This document shows positions 28,609 to 38,484 of a stretch of 64,000 nucleotides of DNA, one piece after another (within the stretch, counting starts at the first letter, position 1; each line of letters opens with the position of its first letter). The stretch is taken from contig CAXXXD010000003.1 in the NCBI GenBank assembly GCA_963663385.2, positions 832,001-896,000 of the forward strand, in the 5' to 3' direction. Source of the DNA: Oceanispirochaeta sp. GTDB lineage: Bacteria > Spirochaetota > Spirochaetia > DSM-2461. A program made the translations under genes and the position numbers. A model generated the notes under the pieces. That model was not told the DNA's origin and searched no databases. It saw only the letters and a program-made list of their open reading frames with translations.

Positions 28609-29286
28609 TTATTCAGCAGGGATTTTATAGGCTTTTCCCGACTCTCTGAGGAGATGGCTGGATAACCATTTCGGGGCGTGTCCCGGTTCTGCGTCTCTGG
28701 CCCGGATGGGGGTATTCAATGCCATGTTGTCCGGATCCTTCAGGTTCATGGATGCTTTGACAATCCCTTCCCGGTAGTTGTGGTGTATATACTGTATGTT
28801 GCCGTCTCTGTCCGAGCTCACAACCATCCCTACATGAGTCAGTTCATCGTTGGTTCGGCCATCGTTATTCTTATCGTATGTATTATCCCAGAACAGCAGA
28901 TCTCCAGGGGACGGAGTATCCGTATTATAAAGGAGTCCCAGGTCTTTCAGATAGTTATTCAACCTCTGGACTCCTCCTCCGGAGTAAGACCCCAGGTTCC
29001 GGGTTAAATCGATTCCCGAGCGGTAATATACGGCCAATACGACTCCGGTGCAGTCCAGGTTGAATTTCCTCCCGTTTACCACAAGATTTTCCCGTCCGAG
29101 GGCCCATTCTGCCGAATTAACCAGGTCTGATTGAAGGCTGCTGAGGGAAGGCTGTTCAGAGGGCCCTTCCGATTGCCTTCTGGGATCGTCTTCGGGATTA
29201 TAGGCAATCGAAGCACAGGACAGAAAAGCGGGCAGGAGCAGGCATAAAAGAAAATACTTGAATTGTGTCTTTCCAATGGCGTACAT
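28609..29286 (-). CDS. NlpC/P60 (CHAP-like) lipoprotein, cell-wall peptidase
   Basis: LPAFLSC lipobox, LDCTG catalytic Cys, PGDLLFW, THVGMV. Confidence 0.8.
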   Translation of the reverse strand: MYAIGKTQFKYFLLCLLLPAFLSCASIAYNPEDDPRRQSEGPSEQPSLSSLQSDLVNSAEWALGRENLVVNGRKFNLDCTGVVLAVYYRSGIDLTRNLGSYSGGGVQRLNNYLKDLGLLYNTDTPSPGDLLFWDNTYDKNNDGRTNDELTHVGMVVSSDRDGNIQYIHHNYREGIVKASMNLKDPDNMALNTPIRARDAEPGHAPKWLSSHLLRESGKAYKIPAE

Positions 29287-29380
29287 GAAATCTCCCGTTT
29301 GCAGACTTGTAAATTTATACCTGTTAATACTATTGTAGGTCAGTATTGTCGATCCTGTAAAGAATCCGGGGAGGTTGGGA

Positions 29381-30175
29381 ATGGAATATCCTGTCAGTTT
29401 AAGAAAGATGCGGACAGAGGAAGGTTCTCCCATTAAATACTATATGACCAGCGGGCAGGATGAGATCTGTATCAATGATCTTATCGGCAGGGAAGTGAGC
29501 CTTTTGTTTTCCGGCTCCATCCACTGTGTCATATGCGGCAGACGTATAAATAAAACCTTTGCTCAGGGAAGCTGTTACGACTGTTTCCGGAATGCCCCGG
29601 AAAATGCGGAATGTATCATCCGTCCGGAACTCTGCCGGGCCCATCTGGGAGAAGGACGTGATCCCGAGTGGGAGAAAAAGCACCACGACAGACCTCATTA
29701 TGTGTATCTAGCCCTGTCAAGCGCTGTCAAAGTGGGAGTTACCAGGGAGGATCAGATTCCCACCCGGTGGATTGATCAGGGAGCCAGTCAGGGGCTGATC
29801 CTGGCAGAGTGTCCGAACCGCTTCGAGGCGGGATCCCTTGAAGTGTATCTGAAGGATTATTTTACGGATAGGACAAACTGGCAGAGGATGCTGAAAAATC
29901 AGATTCTGGATGTCTCTCTGGAAGAGGTTAAAAGTAAGTTGATCTCAACTCTGCCCGATCATTTTCAGAGTATGGTTACCGGAGATTTTACTCCTCTGGA
30001 GCTGAACTATCCTGTCAGAAGCTATCCGGATAAAGTAAAATCTCTCAAACTGGAAAAATCCCCTCTTGTATCAGGAGTTCTGGAAGGAATCAAAGGTCAA
30101 TACTGGCTGTTTGAGAACGGTAATGTATGGAATGTCCGTTCACACAGTGGCTTTGATATAGTACTCACCTTTTAA
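29381..30175 (+). CDS. DUF2797-family protein
   Basis: L.KM.T, C..CG..QG.CY.C, CIIRPELC.AHLG, HYVYLA.S..VKVG.TR..Q.PTRWIDQGA, GIKGQY. Confidence 0.85.
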   Translation: MEYPVSLRKMRTEEGSPIKYYMTSGQDEICINDLIGREVSLLFSGSIHCVICGRRINKTFAQGSCYDCFRNAPENAECIIRPELCRAHLGEGRDPEWEKKHHDRPHYVYLALSSAVKVGVTREDQIPTRWIDQGASQGLILAECPNRFEAGSLEVYLKDYFTDRTNWQRMLKNQILDVSLEEVKSKLISTLPDHFQSMVTGDFTPLELNYPVRSYPDKVKSLKLEKSPLVSGVLEGIKGQYWLFENGNVWNVRSHSGFDIVLTF

Positions 30176-30205
30176 TAAGTTTTATGGATTAATAAGTTTT
30201 ATGGA
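30172..30205. repeat. Exact 17-bp tandem duplication
   Basis: TTAATAAGTTTTATGGA x2, overlapping the DUF2797 stop codon. Confidence 0.9.
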
Positions 30206-30286
30206 GCTCCTCTTAAAAAGTAGTTGACCGATCAGATAAATCGGGAGAGTATTAAAATCGGGTATAAACAAGGTATTAATAAAAAT

Positions 30287-31498
30287 ATGACCGCACAGAA
30301 AGTGACTCAGTCCGAAAATACGTCAATATTCGCAACTCCTGAGGTTTCAGCCGGTAATGCGGTTCCTCTGAAAATCCCTGTTACCCTTGTTCTGAATACG
30401 GTCGGCCTCAGTATGATGAGTATCAAGGATTCAAAGAGGGACAGGGGAAGTTCCGCCTATGAGGTAACACTCAAGGAGTATAAACCGGAGGTTATACAGA
30501 AACTCCTTATTCAGAGCTGCCTGCGCCGTATTGATATTTCATTGGATGACGTTATTGCCAACCGGCGTGAGATAATTGACTTTTCAAAACTTATTATGTT
30601 TTCAGTACTGTACAGGCAGTTCCGCCGTGAAGTGTTTGAAATGACAGTACGATCTCCTCTCATAAAGCAGTGGAACCGCCAGAATCCCCGTCAGCAGATA
30701 GATGCCTCTTCAGATACCTTATTGATGAAGATGGAACGATCCCTTTTAAATCGTAAAGAAGAAGTAAATCTGTTCCGCCAGACTATGATGAATAGACTCT
30801 GGAGCGATCACGGTTATCTCTTTCAGGGGGATGATGATCATCAGAAAAGGATGGGGATGGCCGGGAAACTGCTGCGTAATATCCATCCATTTACCCAGGT
30901 TGTGCTGCTTGATTACAGTAAAGCGCAGGATGTAAGGGTACTCACCCAGAATATTCTGAGCAAACTGGCCCTATATCTCAAGCGGTTCAGCCTGCCTGAA
31001 TACAATGCGCTGGTATTACTGGAATACCTGCAGTGTTCCGAACGGGAGAACCTTGTCGCCGAGTATAACCATATCCTCCAGTCCAATGGTCGTCAGGTAT
31101 CCGAATATCCCATGAATGAGATGATCCGGAAAGAATTGATAAAAAGAAAAATCACACCCCAGACCAGATTCAGTTTTATGTTTGAAAACCGGAGCAGCCA
31201 GACACGGGGCAATATGAGCCGTCTGCGTATGATGATCCTGAGCGGTGAGCGTGAGTCCCGCGGAATGAACGATATCCTTTTTCACAGGAAGAGTACGGTA
31301 CGCCTGAAAAAGAGCATAAAAGACTACCTCGAGAAGGAATGCAAGGATAGCTGTGAATGTGCCAATCCGGAAATTCTTCACTACTATATGAATCATCTTG
31401 AGGAAGTCTGCAGGGAAACCGGATGTAATTTCTCCTCATTTGTAAACTATGATAATGATCACAGCATTTCTATTACCCATATGATTTTCGACTGCTGA
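30287..31498 (+). CDS. Hypothetical protein (about 400 aa)
   Basis: Long ORF with normal composition; no motif recognised; start uncertain. Confidence 0.7.
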   Translation: MTAQKVTQSENTSIFATPEVSAGNAVPLKIPVTLVLNTVGLSMMSIKDSKRDRGSSAYEVTLKEYKPEVIQKLLIQSCLRRIDISLDDVIANRREIIDFSKLIMFSVLYRQFRREVFEMTVRSPLIKQWNRQNPRQQIDASSDTLLMKMERSLLNRKEEVNLFRQTMMNRLWSDHGYLFQGDDDHQKRMGMAGKLLRNIHPFTQVVLLDYSKAQDVRVLTQNILSKLALYLKRFSLPEYNALVLLEYLQCSERENLVAEYNHILQSNGRQVSEYPMNEMIRKELIKRKITPQTRFSFMFENRSSQTRGNMSRLRMMILSGERESRGMNDILFHRKSTVRLKKSIKDYLEKECKDSCECANPEILHYYMNHLEEVCRETGCNFSSFVNYDNDHSISITHMIFDC

Positions 31499-31630
31499 TA
31501 AGCAAAATGCGACAACTCCAGTCATATTTTCTTTCTCCGTATTCTCCCTCTGTGATGATTGGCAAGCCTTTTTATTAGTGATAACCTTGCTTCAGATTGC
31601 AAATTTCACAATATTAGGGATAACAAAAAA

Positions 31631-33805
31631 ATGAAAAGAAAATTGAAACTGCCAATGGCAATCCTGTTTCTGCTTTTGCTCATGGCAAGCCCGGTCTTTG
31701 CCAGTGGAGGTGAAGAAAGCCTGACTGAAAAAATGACAGAACTGGTTTTTGAGATTGGTATTATCCTTTTTGCCGCCCGTCTGGGTGGTGCCGTCATGAA
31801 AAAGTTGAACATGCCCTCAGTTCTCGGGGAGCTGCTGATGGGGATCGTAATCGGACCTTACCTGTTGGGCAGTATCGCTCTTCCCGGGTTTCATCTCGGA
31901 CTGTTTCCCCTGATGGATGGGAGTATTCCCGTTTCTCCCGAGCTGTATGGAATCTCGACTATCGCTTCTATTATTCTTCTGTTTCATTCCGGACTTGAAA
32001 CAGATCTCGCCCTGTTTCTCCAGTTTTCCGTAAAGGGAGCCATTATTGGTATCGGAGGGGTGATTGTATCCTTCCTTTCCGGCGCCTGGGCGGGAAGCCT
32101 GCTGACAGGTCTTTCTCCTTTTGCACCGGTTAACCTTTTTCTGGGAGTCATATCCGTCGCCACTTCAGTAGGGATTACAGCCCGTATCCTGTCGGAACAG
32201 AGAAAAATGGACTCTCCCGAAGGTGTAACAATTCTGGCCGCCGCCGTAATTGATGATGTTCTTGGTATTATTATCCTTGCAATTATTCTGGGTATAGTTT
32301 CCGTTCTCACCAGTGGGGGAGCGGATGGCGTCAATTGGGGCGCTATCGGTATGATTGCCCTGAAGGCTGTAGGAGTCTGGCTGGGATTTACCGCAGTGGG
32401 GCTGTTCTTTGCCAGGAAAATCGGAAACTCACTCAAAATTTTCCGATCTGAAACGACTATAGCCATAATGAGCCTTGGATTGGCTCTTCTCCTTTCCGGA
32501 ATCTTTGAAAAAGCCGGTCTGGCTATGATTATCGGTGCCTATGTAATGGGCCTCTCTCTTTCCCGTACGGATATCAGCTTTGTTATACAGGAAAAAATCC
32601 ATCCCCTGCAGGAGTTTTTTGTTCCCATCTTCTTCTGTGTCATGGGTATGCTGGTAAATGTAAATGAATTCCTGAATCCCAAAGTCCTTCTGGGGGGAGT
32701 GCTTTTCTCCCTTATCGGAATCATCGCTAAAATTATCGGATGCGGCGGTCCTTCCCTGTTTCTGAACTTCAATATGCGTGGCGCCCTGAGAATCGGAGTC
32801 GGTATGGTTCCCAGAGGGGAAGTCGCTCTGATTATCGCCGGTATTGGAATTGCCAGCGGTATCTTAAATGACAGTCAGTTCGGTATCGTCATTTTCATGA
32901 CTCTGGTAACAACCATGCTTCCGCCGCCACTGCTGACGGCTCTTCTGAAAAATGGAAAAATGGGAACCCGGACAGAGATGAAGGGATCCAGTTCTGTAAG
33001 TTCTAAATTCGACTTCCCCTCCCGGGAAATGACCCAGATGGCTATCGCCAGGGTTATCTCAGCTCTGAAAGAGGAAGGATTCTATGTACACGAGCTTGAT
33101 GTGGAGGATCATCTGCTGTACCAGGCCCGAAAGGACGATGTGTTCCTGACAATTCATGAATATGCAACAATAATGGAAATTGTTTCCGACCCTGTTGATG
33201 TTTTCTATGCTAAAACCGTTGTATATGAATCTCTCCTGGGAATGCATGAAACCATTAATAAAATCAAGGATATCGCGAAACCCGAACAGTTGAAGGAAGG
33301 CATGAAGGATATGGCCGCCGATTCCAAAGCGCGGGTGCAGGAGGACTACTTCAAAAATATCCGGGAAGACTGTATCGCCATGGATCTGAAAGGGAAGGAT
33401 AAGGACAGTATCCTGGAAGAGATGTGTACCATGCTCTATGATTCAGGGCAGATCAAGGATTATGAAGCCTGTCTGCAGGCTCTTAAAGACCGGGAAGCAA
33501 CTATGAGTACGGGTATGCAGAACGGTATAGCCATTCCTCATGGTAAAGCTGACGGCGTAAATGAATTGATTGTCGGTCTGGGGCTTAAAAAAGAAGGAAT
33601 GGATTTTCAGTCTCTGGATGGAAAAGATACAAAAATCTTTATAATGACCCTGTCTCCCAGAACGACAACCGGTCCCCATATCCAGTTTCTGTCCTCCATA
33701 AGCGCCATACTGAATAAACCGGGGATCTGTGATGAAATCTTACAGTGTCCCAGTGCGGCTGATGTCAAGAACCTTCTGATACAGAAAGCCCTCGAAAGCA
33801 AATAA
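31631..33805 (+). CDS. CPA2 cation:proton antiporter fused to a C-terminal PTS EIIA domain
   Basis: MPSVLGEL, ATSVGIT, AAVIDDV, GMVPRGEV; C-terminal RE..MSTG..NGIAIPHGK. Confidence 0.92.
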   Translation: MKRKLKLPMAILFLLLLMASPVFASGGEESLTEKMTELVFEIGIILFAARLGGAVMKKLNMPSVLGELLMGIVIGPYLLGSIALPGFHLGLFPLMDGSIPVSPELYGISTIASIILLFHSGLETDLALFLQFSVKGAIIGIGGVIVSFLSGAWAGSLLTGLSPFAPVNLFLGVISVATSVGITARILSEQRKMDSPEGVTILAAAVIDDVLGIIILAIILGIVSVLTSGGADGVNWGAIGMIALKAVGVWLGFTAVGLFFARKIGNSLKIFRSETTIAIMSLGLALLLSGIFEKAGLAMIIGAYVMGLSLSRTDISFVIQEKIHPLQEFFVPIFFCVMGMLVNVNEFLNPKVLLGGVLFSLIGIIAKIIGCGGPSLFLNFNMRGALRIGVGMVPRGEVALIIAGIGIASGILNDSQFGIVIFMTLVTTMLPPPLLTALLKNGKMGTRTEMKGSSSVSSKFDFPSREMTQMAIARVISALKEEGFYVHELDVEDHLLYQARKDDVFLTIHEYATIMEIVSDPVDVFYAKTVVYESLLGMHETINKIKDIAKPEQLKEGMKDMAADSKARVQEDYFKNIREDCIAMDLKGKDKDSILEEMCTMLYDSGQIKDYEACLQALKDREATMSTGMQNGIAIPHGKADGVNELIVGLGLKKEGMDFQSLDGKDTKIFIMTLSPRTTTGPHIQFLSSISAILNKPGICDEILQCPSAADVKNLLIQKALESK

Positions 33806-33896
33806 TCGTACAAACCCCTCTCAAAGTCTCCCCCGGGGGGGGGATGCGTTTTTAAGGTTGCACCCCTCCTTATGGAGGGGTTGGGGGAGTTTTTTA

Positions 33897-34595
33897 TTAG
33901 TTCTGAATTTCCTCCGGAATGACCCCATTCCGTTTCATCGCAGCAGCCCAATAGATAAAGGGTGTGTCCATGGCGGCCACAATCCACTTGATGAAATAGG
34001 TTGAAAAGAGTATTTCCATCAGAACCGGAACGGGAAAAATTCCGGCAAAGGCAATTAAGGTAAATACAATCGAATCCAGAAGCTGACTAACCATTGTACT
34101 GGCATTGTTCCGGATCCAGATCATTTTTGTGCCGGGCCACTTTTTCTTCCAGAAGTTGTACGCCCAGACATCATGGATCTGAGATATCCCGAAAGCAGTA
34201 AGACTGGCCAGGGCAATACGGGGCATAAAACCGAACAGGGCTGACAGGTGCTCCTGGGCCCAGTCGTCTGCTCCGGGTACAAACCATAGGGCCCCCTGAA
34301 ACAGCAGGGTTGAAGCAATCAGGGACATAAACCCGATCAGAACGGCTTTGGAGGCAGATCTCTTTCCATAATTTTCAGACAGGATATCCGTTACCAGAAA
34401 GGACGTGGCATAGACAATATTTCCCAGAGTCGCACTGATGCCAAAAAGTTCGACAAGTTTAAGGACCTGAATATTGGCTACAATGACAGCAAGAGGAATC
34501 CAGACGTAGAGTCCGGTCTTTCCCAGAACCCTGTAAAAAAGTAAAATAGAGAGGAAGTTCACCATAAGCATGGCGAACCATAGAAGTTCGTTCAT
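33897..34595 (-). CDS. yhhQ: Queuosine precursor transporter (YhhQ/VUT family)
   Basis: ANIQVLK, GNIVYA.SFL.TDILSE.YG, SQ.HDV, WIRNNASTMVSQLLDS, DTPF. Confidence 0.92.
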   Translation of the reverse strand: MNELLWFAMLMVNFLSILLFYRVLGKTGLYVWIPLAVIVANIQVLKLVELFGISATLGNIVYATSFLVTDILSENYGKRSASKAVLIGFMSLIASTLLFQGALWFVPGADDWAQEHLSALFGFMPRIALASLTAFGISQIHDVWAYNFWKKKWPGTKMIWIRNNASTMVSQLLDSIVFTLIAFAGIFPVPVLMEILFSTYFIKWIVAAMDTPFIYWAAAMKRNGVIPEEIQN

Positions 34596-34602
34596 TCGAA
34601 TA

Positions 34603-34675
34603 CTCCCAGTTTTGATTCAGGGATTGTCCCGTAGGGGAAACCCCATAATTAGGCGGGTAAAATCTGGCACCGCCT
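34603..34675 (-). ncRNA. preQ1 class I riboswitch variant
   Basis: P1 AGGCGG/CCGCCU, loop UGCCAGAUUUUAC, tail AAAACUGG able to pair with loop CCAG and overlapping the GGGAG SD; upstream of yhhQ. Confidence 0.75.
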
Positions 34676-34701
34676 GAGCAGATTAACAATCTGCGTCGTA
34701 C

Positions 34702-34730
34702 ATCTTACTGACTCCCCGTGGCTGTGGCAA
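34702..34730 (-). promoter_or_regulatory. sigma70 promoter of the yhhQ leader
   Basis: TTGCCA-N17-TAAGAT. Confidence 0.65.
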
Positions 34731-34769
34731 TACGGAAGGGGGCATAATCCGAATAATAAAGGAAAGGAT

Positions 34770-35486
34770 ATGGCGGAAAAAATTCAGGCAGTTATCTTCG
34801 ATCTCTTTACCACTCTTACATCTCTTACTCACCTGCCCGAAGCACCGGGAAGGTTTTCCCATGAAATCCTGGGCGTCTCAAAGGAAGCGTGGACTGATGC
34901 CCTTTTTAATCTGTCACGGGATCGTCTGGTCGGGAATATTACGGATCCTGTGGAAATCATCAGGGACGTCGCCTGGAAAATTGATCCTTCTGTTGCTGAA
35001 AATGTACTGGAAGAGGTGGCATCCCAACGGCGTATCCGTTTTGATTACTGCCTGAAAAATCCTCCGGATGGAGTTCTTGACTCTTTGCGGGCAATAAAGA
35101 AAGCAGGGTATAAACTGGCGCTGCTCAGTAATGCGGATGTCATAGAGGCAGCGGGATGGGCAGGATCCGGTTTCGAAAGGTACTTTGATACAGCTGTTTT
35201 TTCCTGTTATGTGGGGTATATGAAGCCGGATCCGGAAATCTTTCAGATATGTCTGGGGCGTCTGGGACTGACAGGCCCGGACTGCCTGTATGTGGGAGAT
35301 GGCGGGAATCAGGAGCTTATTGCCTCGGCAGAAGCAGGGATGACCGCTGTGCTGACAAGTCAGTTTCTCCGGAAGTCAAGACCGGAAAAAGTAGGGGAGA
35401 GGGCAAGGACTGTAAACCATCATATACAAAATCTGAATGAAATCCTTCCTCTTCTGAATTCGCTTGAAGCAGCCGGGGAATCCTGA
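34770..35486 (+). CDS. HAD-superfamily hydrolase
   Basis: VIFDLFTTL, LLSNAD, MKPDPEIF, YVGDGG. Confidence 0.9.
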   Translation: MAEKIQAVIFDLFTTLTSLTHLPEAPGRFSHEILGVSKEAWTDALFNLSRDRLVGNITDPVEIIRDVAWKIDPSVAENVLEEVASQRRIRFDYCLKNPPDGVLDSLRAIKKAGYKLALLSNADVIEAAGWAGSGFERYFDTAVFSCYVGYMKPDPEIFQICLGRLGLTGPDCLYVGDGGNQELIASAEAGMTAVLTSQFLRKSRPEKVGERARTVNHHIQNLNEILPLLNSLEAAGES

Positions 35487-35632
35487 GGTTCATGAAATCC
35501 GGGGAGGGATTGGATAATCACTATTTTTTTTCTATAAAAACAGTTATCCCTGTTTGACACTAACAGTCCATTTCCTTATCATCACCTGATAACGTAAAAT
35601 GCACCATGAAAATGAAATAATAAGGAAAATAA

Positions 35633-37387
35633 TTGAATTTTGAAGAATTGAATCTAAGTGATTCCATATTGAAGGCTATCGCCGAAATGGGCTTTACCGA
35701 GCCTACCCCCATTCAGGGAGAAGTTATTCCCATGCTTCTCGAATCAAAAGAAGATGTCATTGCACTGGCTCAGACCGGTACCGGGAAAACCGCGGCTTTC
35801 GGTCTTCCTCTTATTCATAATATTGATTCATCCGACAGAAAAACCAAAGGCGTAGTCCTCTGTCCCACACGGGAACTGTGTCTGCAGATACATACGGAAA
35901 TGACCCAGTTTGCCAAATACACCAGGGGTTTGCATATGACAGCCGTTTACGGAGGATCGGATATCGGATCACAGATACGCTCCCTTAAACAGGGTTCCCA
36001 GATTATCATCGCCACACCCGGCCGTCTTGTGGACCTCATTAAAAGAGGCGCGGCCGATTTAAGTTCACTCAGTTATCTGGTAATGGACGAAGCCGATATT
36101 ATGCTTAATATGGGCTTCCGGGAAGAGCTGGATTTTATCCTCTCTTCAGCTCCGGAAGAACGGCAGAATCTGCTTTTTTCTGCAACCATGCCCGCTGAGG
36201 TGGCTCGGATCGCCTCCGAATATATGAATAATCCCGCAGAAGTTTCCATGGGAAAGAAAAATGCCGGGACAGATACTATCGAGCACTATTACTATCTGGT
36301 TCATGCAAAGGACCGATATAATGCCCTGAAACGCCTGGTTGATTTCAACCCCGGTATCTATGGGCTTATTTTCTGCCGGACCAGGGCTGATACCCAGATT
36401 ATTGCCGACCGCATGCTTAAAGACGGGTATAACGTGGACGCCCTTCATGGTGATCTCTCCCAGCAGCAGAGGGAATATGTAATGAAGAAATTCCGGGACC
36501 AGAGTCTGCAGCTTCTGGTTGCAACGGATATTGCAGCCAGGGGACTGGATGTAAATAACCTGACCCATGTTATCCATTATGAACTGCCCGATGAAATAGA
36601 AGCCTATAATCATAGAAGCGGACGAACAGGCCGTGCCGGGCGGAGGGGAACCTCCTGTGCCATTATCAATATGCGGGAACGCTACAAGATTAAACGAATA
36701 GAAGCAATTCTTGGCAGAAAAATACTGCAGGCCCCCGTTCCCATGGGACCGGATATCTGTGAGCAGCAGCTGATGCATCTGATTGACCGTGTTCATACGG
36801 TCGACATTGATGAAGAGCAGATTGCTCCCTATGTGGATGTGATTGAAGATAAACTGAAAGATCTGGACCGCCAGACTCTTTTAAAGCATTTTATATCCCT
36901 TGAATTCAACCGGTTTCTGAACTATTACGGTAATGCACCCGATCTGATGCCCGTTAAACCCGAGAGGGGAAGGGAGCGGGAAGGCCGGGAATTCGGCAAA
37001 GACCGTCAGGGAGGCCGTCAGCGTGAAGGGAATATCCGGTATGCCCATATCAATTTAAACATCGGTCATAAGGACAGGGTAACTCCTCCCCATATTATCG
37101 GTCTTATAAACAGGTCTACCAAAGGCTTGCAGGTTCCGATCGGAAGGATTGATATCGGCCCGACCAAGTCCTCTGTTCAGGTAGCGGCGGACTGTCTGGA
37201 TATGGTGGAAGAAGCTCTGAAACGGATTCCGTTTGCGGGGAAGCGGATAAAAATAACAACCCATCCGGGCGGTACACCCACTTTCGAAGGCGGCAGAAGG
37301 GGCGGTGAAAGACGCTATGACAGAAAGAGCGGCGGTAAAAAGAACAAGTCCGGTGGAAAATACGGCAAATCCCGCAGGGAATCCTGA
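35633..37387 (+). CDS. DEAD-box RNA helicase with DbpA-type C-terminal domain
   Basis: Q motif PTPIQ, AQTGTGKT, PTREL, DEAD, SAT, ARGLD, HRSGRTGRAG; TTG start; upstream TTGACA-N17-TATCAT. Confidence 0.95.
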   Translation: MNFEELNLSDSILKAIAEMGFTEPTPIQGEVIPMLLESKEDVIALAQTGTGKTAAFGLPLIHNIDSSDRKTKGVVLCPTRELCLQIHTEMTQFAKYTRGLHMTAVYGGSDIGSQIRSLKQGSQIIIATPGRLVDLIKRGAADLSSLSYLVMDEADIMLNMGFREELDFILSSAPEERQNLLFSATMPAEVARIASEYMNNPAEVSMGKKNAGTDTIEHYYYLVHAKDRYNALKRLVDFNPGIYGLIFCRTRADTQIIADRMLKDGYNVDALHGDLSQQQREYVMKKFRDQSLQLLVATDIAARGLDVNNLTHVIHYELPDEIEAYNHRSGRTGRAGRRGTSCAIINMRERYKIKRIEAILGRKILQAPVPMGPDICEQQLMHLIDRVHTVDIDEEQIAPYVDVIEDKLKDLDRQTLLKHFISLEFNRFLNYYGNAPDLMPVKPERGREREGREFGKDRQGGRQREGNIRYAHINLNIGHKDRVTPPHIIGLINRSTKGLQVPIGRIDIGPTKSSVQVAADCLDMVEEALKRIPFAGKRIKITTHPGGTPTFEGGRRGGERRYDRKSGGKKNKSGGKYGKSRRES

Positions 37388-37522
37388 AAGGAATACTTCG
37401 ACTGATGTCTGATGTATTCCTGTTCGGCAATGTCGCCTCTTTGGCAGTATTATCAGGGCGGTATCACGGGGCTGAGCCTTGTTTTATTTTCCCGTAATCC
37501 GAATAAATCCTGCTGATTCCTG

Positions 37523-37549
37523 TTAAGAAAAAAAATCAGTTTCCGATTA
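37523..37549 (+). promoter_or_regulatory. Candidate sigma28 (FliA) promoter of the rod genes
   Basis: TTAA-N15-TCCGATTA, about 65 nt before the first flagellar gene. Confidence 0.55.
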
Positions 37550-37613
37550 TGTAAATAGACACGGCCGGAACTAAGCGGCTGTTTCCCAAAAGGTTTAACA
37601 GGAGAATCGGCGG

Positions 37614-38465
37614 ATGATTCGGGGATTATACACCGGGGCCAGCGGAATGCAGGCTCAGCAGCACAGAATGGATGCGTTGGCAAATAACCTGGCCAATGTG
37701 GATTTGAACGGATACAAGCGGGACACTTCCGTCCATAAAGCCTTCCCCGAAATGCTCATCCGTCGCATGAACGACGATGTGCATCAGTTTCCTGTCGGCA
37801 GTGTCGATTCGGCTCCCATCGTTGGAAAACTGGGAACCGGAGTAGAATACAATGAATCTTTTACCGTTTTTGATCAGGGATCTCTGAAAGAGACATCCAA
37901 TCCCTTTGATATTGCCCTGGACGGGGACGGTTTTTTTTCCATACAGACAAACAACGGGGAACGCTACACCCGCAACGGATCTTTTATCCTGGGCAAGGAA
38001 GGGTATCTTCTTACTAAAGAAGGGTATAAGGTTCTGGGCGAAAACGGCCCCATACAGATCAAACTGAACAATTTCACCATAGATAAACAGGGACGTGTCT
38101 TTCAGAACGGTGCTCTGTCCGATAATCCGCAGCGGCTTGTTTCAATGGAAGAGAACGACTGGGCCGAAACCGAGCTGGTGGATAATTTGAAGGTCGTTCG
38201 ATTTGAGGGGAATGGGAACCGGTTCCTTAAAAAACAGGGCAGTTCCCTCTGGACAGATACTTTTGAGTCCGGTGAAGCCTACACAACAGCCCTGGGTGAC
38301 AGACCTAAGGTTCTGCAGGGCTTTCTGGAAGCCTCCAATGTGAATCCTGTAACCGAAATGGTAAATATGATAGAAGTTAACCGGGCCTACGAAGCCAATC
38401 AGAAAGTGATTACTTCCCAGGACGGCATGCTGAATAAACTTATAAATCAGGCTGCCCGTTACTAG
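37614..38465 (+). CDS. flgF: Flagellar basal-body rod protein FlgF/FlhO
   Basis: MIRGLYTGASGM..ANNLAN, YTRNG, LEASNVNPVTEMVNMIEVNRAYE. Confidence 0.88.
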   Translation: MIRGLYTGASGMQAQQHRMDALANNLANVDLNGYKRDTSVHKAFPEMLIRRMNDDVHQFPVGSVDSAPIVGKLGTGVEYNESFTVFDQGSLKETSNPFDIALDGDGFFSIQTNNGERYTRNGSFILGKEGYLLTKEGYKVLGENGPIQIKLNNFTIDKQGRVFQNGALSDNPQRLVSMEENDWAETELVDNLKVVRFEGNGNRFLKKQGSSLWTDTFESGEAYTTALGDRPKVLQGFLEASNVNPVTEMVNMIEVNRAYEANQKVITSQDGMLNKLINQAARY

Positions 38466-38484
38466 GGTTTAGGAGATAGATGGT

